Position numbers and translations under genes: made by a program. From contig CM119264.1 of assembly GCA_051294375.1 (NCBI GenBank), positions 16,527,245 to 16,591,244 of the forward strand: a stretch of 64,000 bases of DNA, given 5' to 3'. Below the pieces are notes generated by a model that saw only the letters and a list, made by a program, of their open reading frames with translations, did no database searches and was not told the origin of the DNA. Below, one piece after another: positions 14,272 to 25,527 of this stretch. The number at the start of each line of letters is the position of its first letter. Position 1 is the stretch's first letter. Origin of the DNA: Paraspadella gotoi (taxonomy: Eukaryota; Animalia; Chaetognatha).

Positions 14272-16337
14272 TGAGAGAGAGAGAGATGAGAGGAGAGAAA
14301 AGACTGAATTTAAGAGAAATAATTTGTTATTAATTATTTTATTTTATTTTATTCTTATAATTATTACAAATCCCAGCCTTTTAACGCATTTTTTTGCTCT
14401 ATACTCTGCTTTCTTTTCCTCCAACACCTCGCCAACTCCCTTCAGCCCCCAGAAACCGAACCAACCCCGTCAAGAATCTCGTCGTCCCTTACGCGGATTT
14501 GCGGCGATCGGGGCGTCGGGCTTCCATACGGGCGTTCTTCCTGCGAGGGTTTGCAAGGTGAGTCGTTGCGTCAACGTCCGCATCCGCACTCCCGCCGCAG
14601 GAAGCGAAGAAAGATTCCGATTTTGACACCTTTTTTATAAAAAATTTTAAACGTTTTTAATGAGGTTTTAAAGATATAAAGAAAACCTTTTTTTTACGAA
14701 GTTTATTTACTAACACCGATTTCTCTTCGTTCAGGGATTTTTTCGTCGAACCCTGACCAAGAAAATAACCTACAAAGAATGCTCAAACACGACCATGTGC
14801 AAGATCGAACCCGCAACCAGAAACAAATGCCAATATTGCCGATTCAAGAAATGTCTCGCCGTGGGGATGTCGCACGAAGGTAGGTTAACTAATTATGCCG
14901 AAAACAATAAAGATGCGAATACTTTCAAAATATGAAGACGTTAATAGACTTAGTAAGCTGATAATAATTAAACATTTACTGATTCTAAAAAAAAATTCAC
15001 GGAAAAAAAATATAAAAAAAGACTGAAATATTCAAGAAGGATTTTCTCTCTCTTGAAAATGGAAAAAAGCTGACATTTTTAAAAGGCTGACAAAGTCAAT
15101 CACATTGGAAATAGGATCACGACCTCAATCCAACGAATACATCGCTTCCTTCTTTAACTTTAATGAGCGAATTCTCGAAGGATTGTGGGGGGGGTGAGGG
15201 ACGGTGAAGTGAGATCGAGACGGATGATGAGACGCTGAAAAGAGAGGAGAGAGAAAAGAGAAAAGAGTGAGAGGGTTAAGAGTGAGAAGAAAAAAGAATA
15301 AGAGGAGCTTTAAAAATGGGAGGTAGAAAAGGAAAAGTTTAATATCGAAAATAAGGGGGAGGTTAAAAAGTAGGGAGGGGAAGATCGGTATTGGACAAAG
15401 CCGGCAAAGTAGGTGAGGGAAGTATAAAAGCGAGTCTAGACATCAGTGTGTGCATCTGGGTGACCCAGAAAGCCTCGAGTTATGGTAAGGGAACTTTTAA
15501 AAAAGTCAATTCTAGGAAAAGTTCCATTTTCTTTTTTCTTTTCTTCGATCCTTTTTGTCTTATTTTTTTCTTCCTTCTTTTTTTTCCCCTCCCGCTCCGT
15601 CTCCCCCCCACTCTCTCCACAACACTCATTCCTTCCCCTCCCTTCGGTCCCCATTCGGCCGTTTCGCGTTCACGCGCCGCTTCGCCACGTCACGTGACTC
15701 CGAGTCATGGGCGTGTGCCGAGGCTTGTTCCAGAGGATCAAGTGTCAGGTTTATAAAGGAGTTTTTTGATTGAAGGGGGTAATTGATTAGACGGGAGTTG
15801 TAGTGGACCACTTATGGGCCATTGAAAAGCCAAATTGTCAAAACGATTTTTAAAAACGCGTAAAAGGCTTTGTATGAGGCGCTTCGAAAAAGGAAAGCGA
15901 AGGCGCAAGTTCCAAAATAGACTTTTTTTTTTTTTCCTTTCGGCTTTTTATTTTTTCCTTTCGCCAGCAACCACTTTCTTTGGCGATTTTGAATATTTTA
16001 AGGTGGACTGATTTTACGGCATACAATAAATAACCTGATGTCAGACGACGATAATTGGAAAAATAACTCGTGTTTGTGACTGTTTACACGAATACTTTCC
16101 TTTAATGCTCTCTTCTCTTTCTCGTCTCTCTTCCTCTCCAGGTCTCCTCTCTCTCTTCTCACTCTCTCTTCCGTCTTCTCTCTCCTCTCTCTCTCTCGTC
16201 GCTCACTGGCTCTCCTCTCTCCTCTCCTCGTCCCCTTCTGTTCCTTCTCTCTCTCTCCTCCCTCTCTCATCTCCTNNNNNNNNNNNNNNNNNNNNNNNNN
16301 GGGAAAGAGAGGAGAGAGAGGAGAGAGAGAGAGGAGA

Positions 16338-16396
<59 letters not shown>

Positions 16397-16594
16397 TTAG
16401 AACAACGAAACGTTTCCCCAAGGCAGTGATTCGCTCCGAGAAAATGAGAAAGGATTGAATTAAAATCGCATTAAGAGAAAAGCAGTGAAGGACTGCCCTC
16501 ACATCAAGAAAACCACATGGCGGTAGTTCACTAGGAAGAGAAGAGAGAGAAATAGATAGATAGATAGAGACGAGAGAGAAGAGATGAAGAGAGA

Positions 16595-16627
<33 letters not shown>

Positions 16628-19600
16628 TGAGAGAGAGAGAGATGAGAGAGAGAGAAAAGACTGAATTTAAGGAAAAATTGTTAAACTTATTATTTTATTC
16701 TAATTCTTAAATTTTACAATCCATATCTCACGCCACTTTTTTTATGACCTTTCCTCTACTTCTTTTTCTCCAACACCTCGCCAACTCCCTTCAGCCCCCG
16801 ACAACCGAACCAACCCGTCAAGAATCTCGTCGTCCCTCTAGCCGGATTTGCGCGATTCGGGGCCGTCGGCTTCCATACGGGCGTTCTTCCTGCGAGGGTT
16901 TGCAAGGTGAGTCGTTGCGTCAAACGTCCGCATCCGCACTCCCGCCGCAGGGAGCGAAGAAAGATCCGTTTGACCTTTTTTATAAATAATTTAAACGTTT
17001 TAATTGAGGTTTTAAAGATAAAAAGAAAACTTTTTTTTACGAGTAGTTTATTTACTAACACCGATTTCTCTTCGTTCGGGATTTTTTCGTCTGAAACCCT
17101 GACCAAGACAATAACTCTAGCAAAGAATGCTCAAACAGACCATGTGCCAAGATTTCGAACCCGCAACCCCAGAAACAATGCCAAGTATTGCCGATTTTAT
17201 TCAAGAAATGTCTCGCCGTGGGGTATGTCGCACGAAGGTAGGTTAACTAATTATGCCGAAACAAATAAAGATGCGAATACTTTCAAAATATGAAGACGTA
17301 ATAGACTTAGTAAGCTGATAATAATTACAACATTTACTGATTCTAAAAAAAAATTCAACGGAAAAAAAAAAAAATATAAAAAAGACTGAAATATTCAGAA
17401 GTGGATTTTCTCTCTCTGAAAGATGGAAAAAGCTGACATTTTTAAAAGGCTGACAAAGTCAATCACATTGGAAATTAGGATACGACCTCAATCCAACGAA
17501 TACGAGACAAAATTCCTTCCTTCTTTAACTTTAATGACGCGAATTTCTCGAAGGATTGTGGGGGCGGTGAGGGTATTGCGGTGAAGTGAGGAATCGAGAC
17601 GGGCCATGATGAGACGCTGAAAAGAGATGGAGAGAAGGACCAAAGAGATAAAGAGTGAGGAGGGTTAAGAGTTGAGAAGAAAGAAAGAAATACAGAGGAC
17701 TTTAAAAATGGGAAGGTAGAAAAGGAAAGATTTAATATCGAAAATAAGGGGGAGGTTAAAAGTAGGGAGGAGGGGGAAGAATCGGTATTTGGGACCGAAA
17801 GCCGGCAAAGTAGGCTGAGGAGTATAAAAAGCGAGTCTAGAATCAGTGGTGTGCATCTGAGGTGACCACAGAAAGCGTCGAGTTATTGGTAAGGGATGAC
17901 TTTAAAAAAGTCAATCTAGGAAAAGTTCCATTTTCTTTTTTTTTTCTTGCTTTTCGATCCTTTTGCTCTTATTTTTTTTTCTTCCTTCTTTTTTTCCCCT
18001 CCCGCTCCGTCTCCCCCCCCACTCTCTCCACACACTCATTCCTTCCCCTCCCTTCGGTCCCCATGCCGGCCTTTCGCGTTCACGCGCCGCTCCGTCTCTC
18101 GCCACGTCACGTGACTCCGAGTCATGGGCGTGTCGAGGCTTGTTCCAGGATCAAGTGTCAGGTTTAAAAGGAGTTTTTGATGAAGGGGGGAATTGATTGA
18201 GGGAGTTGTAGTGGACCACTTATGGGCCATTGAAAAGCCAAATGTCAAAACGATTTAAACGCGTAAAAAGGTCGTTTGTATGAGGCGTTCGAAGGAAAGC
18301 GAAGGCGCCAAGTTCCAAAATAGACTTTTTTTTTTTCCTTTCGGCTTTTTATTTTTCCTTTCGCCAGCATCCACTTTCTTTGCGATTTTGAATATTTAAG
18401 GTGGATTGATTACGGCATACAATAATGAATATGTCAGACGACGATAATTGGAAGGAGATGAGAGAGGAGAGAGAGAGAGAAGGAAGAGGACGAGAGAGAG
18501 AGAGGAGAGCATGACGACGAGAGAGAGAGAGAGAAGAGAAGAGAGAGAGAGAGAGACCTGAGGAGAGAGCAGAAAGTTGAAAGGCCCAAAAGAACAGTAT
18601 TCGTGTAAACAGTCACAACACGAGTTATTCATTNNNNNNNNNNNNNNNNNNNNNNNNNNNNNNNNNNNNNNNNNNTCTTTTCACTCTCTCTTCATCTACT
18701 CCTGTCCAGACTTTTCCCGTCTTGTTCACTTTTTTTTTCATTCGTCTCGCTGCAACTCTTACCCGCACTCTTAACTCGTCTCAGCGAAACTCACTATAAA
18801 TCACCCACGTTCGTCACTTACCCTTCACTCTTTTCCTCCCTCTTTCCCTCTCTTCACCGCGACCTCACCCTCCGGTTCACCTGGGGTCAGCGTCGATGAC
18901 GTCGTCGTCTCGTCCCTCGGCGACTTTCCCGTGCGCGCGCGTTTGAAAGACCGGAAGTGGCGCCCAACTGACGCCAAAATCACGCGCGACGCGGGACGGA
19001 AAAGTGGTCACGTGCCGAGGATGAGGAAGAGGAGGAGGAAGAGGAGAGAAGCTGAGAGAGGGAAGAGGAGGAGGTGTTACTCTGAAGATGAGATGCGTAA
19101 CCGCGGAAAAAGATTCGTATTCTAATGAGTCGGAAAAAGGAGGAAAGGGAAATAAGAGAGGGAGGAAAGAAAGAAAGAAAAGAAAAAGACAAAAATGAGT
19201 AGTGAATAAAAAGATACGAAGAAAAGATAGAGAGAGAAGTTTAAAAAATAAAGGAATAAACAAATAATTAAACAAACCAACAAACAAATAAAAGAGAAAA
19301 ATAAAAAAAAACGAAAAACGATACTAGAAACAAAGAATGAAAAACAAAGAAAGAACAAAAACATTGCTAACTATTCTCTAGCAATTCTTCACGCATTCGT
19401 AGAATCAAATAACACCTTGACTATTCAAAGAACTCGAGTCTAATTTCGCTGCCAAGAATTTCTCAAAATTAAGAGAGAATTCTCAGCGGAGAATCTTATT
19501 GCGCCAACGATAATGAATTCTCTTCGACGCGCGAAGAGAGAAAAAAAAACTCAATTACTTTTTTTTTTCGGCGAAGCGAGGGGGCGTTAGAGGCTGAAGA

Positions 19601-20430
19601 CGAGGTGATGGGATCGCGGGCGATGAGCCCTTCGGTCAGGCGAGTGGGCGAGCGGGTGACGAGAAGGTGAGTGGGGGCGCATGTGGGCCGCGTGGGGGCA
19701 TGTGAGACGTGTGGGCGTTGGTTCGAGAGAGTTTTAGAAAGGAGAATAACCTGAGAGCTCTTTTCCATTTTCTGGACAATTACGAAGGAGTCGCCCCGTC
19801 ATTAACTCAACCACCCACGTCGATGGACACTTTCTTTTCTTCTCTTTTTTTACCCTTTTTTTTTTCTTTTACCTCTTTTTTTTATTTAGGTTCGTTTGAT
19901 ATGCTACTTTTATTTTTTTACATACACAATAACACGCATTTTAATAAATCATTAATTTAACTCTTATTTTTTCAAAAAAAATATTTCTCCTAATAACTTT
20001 TTTTTTCTGGCTCTTTTTGAAATGAACTAAATTTTTAGCCTCGTATTTAAATATTTGTCTTCTTTGGCCAAGCCCAAGGTAAGCGACAAACATTCTCTCA
20101 CTCCTATCAATCAGATAATTGTTATATTATCAATTTTTCACCATTTCACCATAACCCCTAATTCTACATTTACCCCACCCTTCCTGTCCTTCTCTGCTCA
20201 TCTGACTCAAACTCCTTACCCCCCTCCACCCCTTCTTGCCCCTCCTCCCCTTCCTGCCCACGGAGCCCCACCCTCCACTCAATCCTTTTTCTCCATTTTA
20301 ACCGCGGAATGTCTGGTTTGAGGTCAATGAGCCGCGACCCTTTGATGACCCCGACGACGCCCTTTTTCCACTTGAAGACGCTCATCCCAGAATCTCCGGC
20401 GGAATCGTCCAATTTCTCTCACTCTCTCTC

Positions 20431-20506
<76 letters not shown>

Positions 20507-23500
20507 TCTCCTTCTCTCTCTCTCTCTCTTACTTTCTTTCTCTTTTTGTCCCTTCTTTTGCCGGACCCATATCCTCGCCTCGTTAAGAACTCCTTTTTTC
20601 CTTAATTGTTCTTCACCTTTCTTCATTCTATATTTTCTTTTCTATTGTTTTCTTTTTTTTTATTTAATCATTACAAAGATGTATCCTTTAAATACATATG
20701 TTCGCCAAAAAATCAGTTCCAGACTGCCAAAGTACGAAGTGGTTGTAACTGTAGTGTCGAGCGCTTTCCTCGTCGTTATCGTCCTCGTCGCTCTCCCTGT
20801 CACCATAGCAACGGATCCGAGTCCATAATTCGTCTCTGATGAGAAAAAAACTGCTTCCAAATGACGAAAACTGCCGGAGAAACGATAAAGGGAAAAACAA
20901 AAACGAACGATGATTGCGACGACGACGACGACGACGACGACCGCGACGACGACGACCGCGACGAAGAATAAGGAAAAAGAAAACTACTTCTATGTATATT
21001 TTTCAGCAAAGGAAGTTGTCGGTGATTCATTCGCTGTCGTCGAGAAGAGAAACACCACATAATCTCTATGCAGTGACACTGTAACGACGACGATGACAAT
21101 GACGACGAAAACGAGAAGCGAATCGACAATTTCTCGAATTGACGGCGATGACAACGACGAATCTGTCGCTTCGACTTCGATAACGACTACGACGACGACG
21201 ACGAAAATGACGACGACGGAAGCCGGAAGGCGTAAAATCTACATGAGAATTCAATCAAAGGACGAGTTTTGGATTCCGCCAACAATTTTGAAGAGGAAAG
21301 GGAGGAAAGGAAGGAAAGGAATGGAATTGAGGAAATAGGGGTAAAGGGGAGGAAGAGGAATGATTGGGAGGAAGACGTGGACGGAAAAGAATCGGAGTTG
21401 ATATTGGGAAAATTATCCGTTAGGAGAAAAAGAAAGAAGAGATTCAAACAGAATATATGTCATTTTTCTAAAACAATTTTAGAAATTAAGAAAGATAAAT
21501 CTAAAATTTATTTAAAATTTGAAATTAAAAAGGCTTTTAAAATTGTTTTGTCAACCGGAGAAAATCTGTAAACAAGCAAACATTTCTATAAAGTTATTAA
21601 ACAAAACAGTTATTCCTTCAATAAATAATTTATAATTTTTTTTTCTTGTCTCAACCTTCCTTTTCAGCGGTCCGCTTTGGTCGAATGCCAAAACGCGAAC
21701 GACAAAAACTCTTGATAGAAATGCAGGAAACGCGAAGGGTAAGAGATATACCAAACAAAACAAAAACAAAACAACAAAACGAAACGAAACGACTGACGGA
21801 CGAAACCAGCGTAAAAGAGAAATATTTATAAAAAAAAAAGGAAATCAACTGATGTTATTTTTTTGTTCAGGTGAAACCCGAAAAGCTGGCGGAGATCAAC
21901 GCCCTCTCGGAAACTCTGACGGGGGCGTTGGTCGAAGTGTTCACGAACCCTCGACCTCCCAACCCCCTCGGTTCCATTGGGGTCCACAACGGGTCCCTCA
22001 ACGGACCCTTCAACTCCTTGAACCAGGGGACGGCGATGCCTCATCAACAGCTGCTGCAGAGACAAGGAACGTTTTTGGTAAGTTCGTAGTGTCTGTTTAT
22101 TAATTTATTATTAAGGATAGATAATACCAAGTCTTAGGGAATGTACTTGAATCTTCATGGAATAAGATAACGAGGAAGAAGAACTTTCAACCTTAAACCT
22201 TAAACAATTCTCTTCCAGGAGGAGAACGGGAACTACCCCTCCCACTTCCCCCCGCCTTACGGGGCGCATCACAACCCCGTCGTCATGGGATTCGCCGTCA
22301 ATGGGACGCGAGCCGTCAACCCTCACCCTTTGCAACAAAACCCCAATCTCTACACCAATCACCCCGCCCACCACCCTACCCAGTACCACCCTTGGAGCAA
22401 CGAACAACAGCAGCAGCACTCCCAACATCCCCATCATCACAATCACCCGAACAATCAAAGTTGGTTCTCCCCACCCGAATTGCAAGGAAATCATCAGCTG
22501 GCTCAGTACAATCAATCCAACGGGGGCTTCAACGGTCAGTCCATTTTGTTGGTTAATTAATTAATGATGCCTGCAATATTGTTTTACACTGAGTGATTAT
22601 GGATTAGGTTTTAATGTTTAAATCTAAAACTAGGAGATAATTAATTATAATGGTTACATAAAATTTGGTTAAATCTATATACAAAGGTTTAAAGATTTCT
22701 CTCCTATCGTAACTCTCAACGATTTCCACACTAAAAACATAAAGATGATTCTCAATTGATCTGGGTTGACTTAGGCCACAACGCTTACTGCAAACCAGAG
22801 ATGGACGACCCGGTTTTGGAATTCCTCGCTGACGAAGGAGTCGGAGGTGGACCCCCTCTCGATACGGAGCTTCTCCTTGAACAGGTTATATATGTCATTA
22901 TACGGCGATGCTCTTTTGTATAAATCGATTTTTTTTTTCGTTTTGTCGCAAGAGGTCGGGGAAATCTAATTACGGTAAAAACAAAAGATATAAAATTGGT
23001 TTTAATTCGAAAAAAATAGAAATCGAAATCAGTTTATTCAATTTGAATATTTTAAAAATTAATTTAATACTTAGTAAATAGTAAATATTTAGTTTGTTAA
23101 CTTCATATATATTAAAAAACATTACATGTCCGGTCACTACCTCACTACAGTACCATCGACTGATTTCTGCACAAGTGGAGTCGACAGCGAAATTCGCGAA
23201 GAAGGTCCCGGGTTTCAGCGCGCTTCCGATGCAGGATCAGGTGCTGCTCCTCAAACACGCCGGGTTCGAGATCGCCCTCGTCCAGGTAAATCTCCCAGAC
23301 CCTTAACTACCCATTTTCTTCTCAGCACCCTCTTTTATTCCCCATTTTTAATCAATCCGGCAGTTGGCGCCACTCGTCCGCAAAGACGCCCATCTTCTCT
23401 CGTGGGACGGCGCCCAGTCTCTCTCCCGGATGTCGGTGATGGCCAACGAGGATCTCCACGACGTCTTCGCGCAGAAACTCATCTTCTCCGATCGGCTCAA

Positions 23501-25527
23501 CGCGATGCAGCTGCTGCAGAGCGAGATCGCCCTCTTCTGCGCCGTGCTGCTCTGCTCGGGTGAGAAAAGTGAATTCCTTGTCGAGTCTAATATTTAACCC
23601 ATTTTAAATCAAATCAATAATCTGAACTATTATTAAATCAATCAAATCGATCATATTTATTATACATATTAATCGAGGAAATCAAAATCAATCTATTTAT
23701 CCCCAAGACCGACCCGGTCTTCGTGACTACACCTCCGTCGACGAGCTGCAACTCAAATTCGCTTCGGCGCTGCAGTGGGAGCTGCGGAGCAACCATCCCG
23801 AGCAGCAGATCCTGACGGCGCGGCTGCTGATGATGACGGTGCATCTGCGGTCTCGTCGGCGGAACACGTGGACATCGTCAGTGAGGGGAGGGAAGGACTT
23901 TGGTGAGGAGGGGAAGAGGGGGGGGGAAAAGAAAACAAAAAGGAACCCGCGGTTTCTGTGATGGTCTCTGTGAGTTGTCAATTATTTCCTCCTCCTTAAC
24001 TCTGCTCCCCCAGAAGCCAAGTTCGAAGTCTCCCTCGATGCGCTCGACGAAGACGCGTCGCCTCCCGACTCGTTCTTCCAGTTTTCCGTCAACGGGGAAG
24101 TCGACGGGGAGTTGCAGAAGCAGACGTTCAAAGGTTTTTGACAGGGAGTGGACGTCCGTGACATGGAGATTGTTTTGATCAATATTATTAAATATTAATT
24201 TATTGTGTTTGTTGTCCCTGTCGGTTGTTGGAGCTGATGATTCTGATATGAATAAATTTATGGGTGCTTCCGTTGCACGATAACGCCGAAGACGACGACG
24301 ACGACGACGACGACGACGACATCCACCAATTCTCTTTCCTTTATCTTTCAGCCTACGAAGAATTGGCGACGAATCCCGGAANNNNNNNNNNNNNNNNNNN
24401 NNNNNNAAAAAGAAGAGAGAGATGTGCATCTGCGGTCCCTCGTCGCGGAACACGTGGACATCGTTCAAGTGGAGGGGGAGGGAAGGACTTTGGTGAGGCA
24501 GGGGAAGAGGGGGGGGAGAAAAGAAACAAAAAGGAAGCCCGCGGTTTTCTGTGATGGTCTCTGTGAGTGTCAATTATTTCTCGTCCTTTAACTGCTGCTG
24601 CCCCGAAGCCAAGTCGAAGTCTCCTCGATGCGCTTCCGACGTAAGAGCGCGTCGCTCCCGCTCGTCTTTCAGTTTTCCGTCAAGCGGGGAAGTCGACGGG
24701 GGTTGCAGGGAAAAGACAGACGTTCAAGAGGTTGTTGAGAAGGGGAAGTGGACGTGGTGACATGGCGGATTGTTTTGATCAATATTAACATCATTCATTT
24801 TTTGAACGAATTGTATTGTGTTTGTCTGTCCCTGTCGGTTGTTGGGCTGATGATTCTGAATATGAAGTAAATTTACGGGTGCTTCCGTTGGATCGATAAG
24901 TCAAAAGCGAGGTGTACGATACGACGAACGTCGAGCGACGACGAGACAATCACCAATTAGTCTTTCGCTCTAGTGGTTTGAGCGATCTTTCAGCCTACGA
25001 AGAATTGGCGACGAATCCCGGAAAAAACTATCATCAATTCAACTTGAACTCCGTCGGAGTCGGCGCGGCCCACGGGAACGGAATTCCCAAAATGTCCTTT
25101 AACGGAAAAGGTGAGTCGCGGTCACGTTGACAGCGGAAAGAAAAATGGGAAACAAACCCGTAACACTTTTCAAAATTCCTTGGATTCAGTGGAAGAATCG
25201 ACTTCTTCGTCGGGTCAATCAACGACGACGACGACGTCGTCATCATCTTCGTCGTCGTCGTCGTCGTCGTCGCAACTCCCTCACCCCTCTCACCCTTCTC
25301 ACTCCTCTTCCCTCCAACATCCGTCCGTCCCTCACCATTCCTCGTCCCCCATGCTGCATCAACTGAGTCACCAGACGCTTCTCCATCAACATCACCTCCA
25401 TCAGCCCCACTCCAGTCAACAGCATCTCAGCGGGAGCAACGGCAATCACGACGCCGGCAATCATCGCTCCCCCGGAGAATATCTCAGCGAGTTACCTCCC
25501 ATTTTACAAGAAGTCTTTGACATTTGA
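11433..25527 (+). CDS. PPAR: PPAR-like (NR1C) nuclear receptor, multi-exon, about 1,150 aa. Exons: 11433-11554, 11886-13221, ~14453-14557, 14735-14879, 21668-21738, 21871-22077, 22219-22534, 22775-22884, 23151-23285, 23364-23559, 23708-23880, 24014-~24133, 24994-25110, 25190-25527
   Basis: Phase-consistent GT-AG exons. Zinc finger 1 reads ..CGDRASGFH.G..SCEGCK, with indel noise in the assembly. Finger 2 is clean: [48 protein letters not shown], followed by [19 protein letters not shown] signature: [26 protein letters not shown]. Segments [66 protein letters not shown] and terminal [11 protein letters not shown] match PPAR [65 protein letters not shown] and LHPLLQEIY. The first exon (11433) is inferred from phase match only. 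Confidence 0.88.
11471..11508 (+). promoter_or_regulatory. Cluster of five RGGTCA nuclear-receptor half-sites, including a perfect DR0 and TCAAGGTCA
   Basis: GGGTCA 11471, AGGTCA 11476, GGGTCA 11492, AGGTCA 11497, AGGTCA 11503. Function is inferred, and the cluster overlaps the putative first coding exon. Confidence 0.35.
15684..15707. promoter_or_regulatory. Composite intronic element: GCCACGTCA, overlapping GTCACGTGAC (CLEAR/E-box), overlapping TGACTC-C-GAGTCA palindrome
   Basis: gccacgtcacgtgactccgagtca, identical in the duplicate copy near 18101-18124. Function is inferred. Confidence 0.4.
16301..18633 (+). other. Second, indel-rich copy of 13946-16275, including the PPAR DBD exons at about 16801-16906 and 17078-17237; probable assembly duplication
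   Basis: Near-identical exon and intron sequence begins right after the 25-N gap (16276-16300). Differences are mostly 1-bp indels that break the reading frame. The copy ends at a second N-gap (18634-18675). Confidence 0.85.
24407..25021 (+). other. Second noisy copy of about 23838-24381 (PPAR helix-11 region); probable assembly duplication
   Basis: The sequence gtgcatctgcggtc...cagcctacgaagaattggcgacgaatcccgga occurs on both sides of the 25-N gap at 24382-24406, with indel-type differences. Confidence 0.85.

Noticed and set aside
14453-14557. PPAR pseudogene, suggested by frameshifts in zinc finger 1 and helix 11
   Set aside because: Frameshifts occur only in the noisy duplicated segments beside the gaps and largely differ between copies. 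All exons outside those segments are intact.
14453-17237. Two-DBD nuclear receptor (as known from flatworms and molluscs)
   Set aside because: The duplication includes introns at near identity, differs mainly by 1-bp indels and abuts N-gaps. This points to an assembly artefact, not two diverged DBDs.
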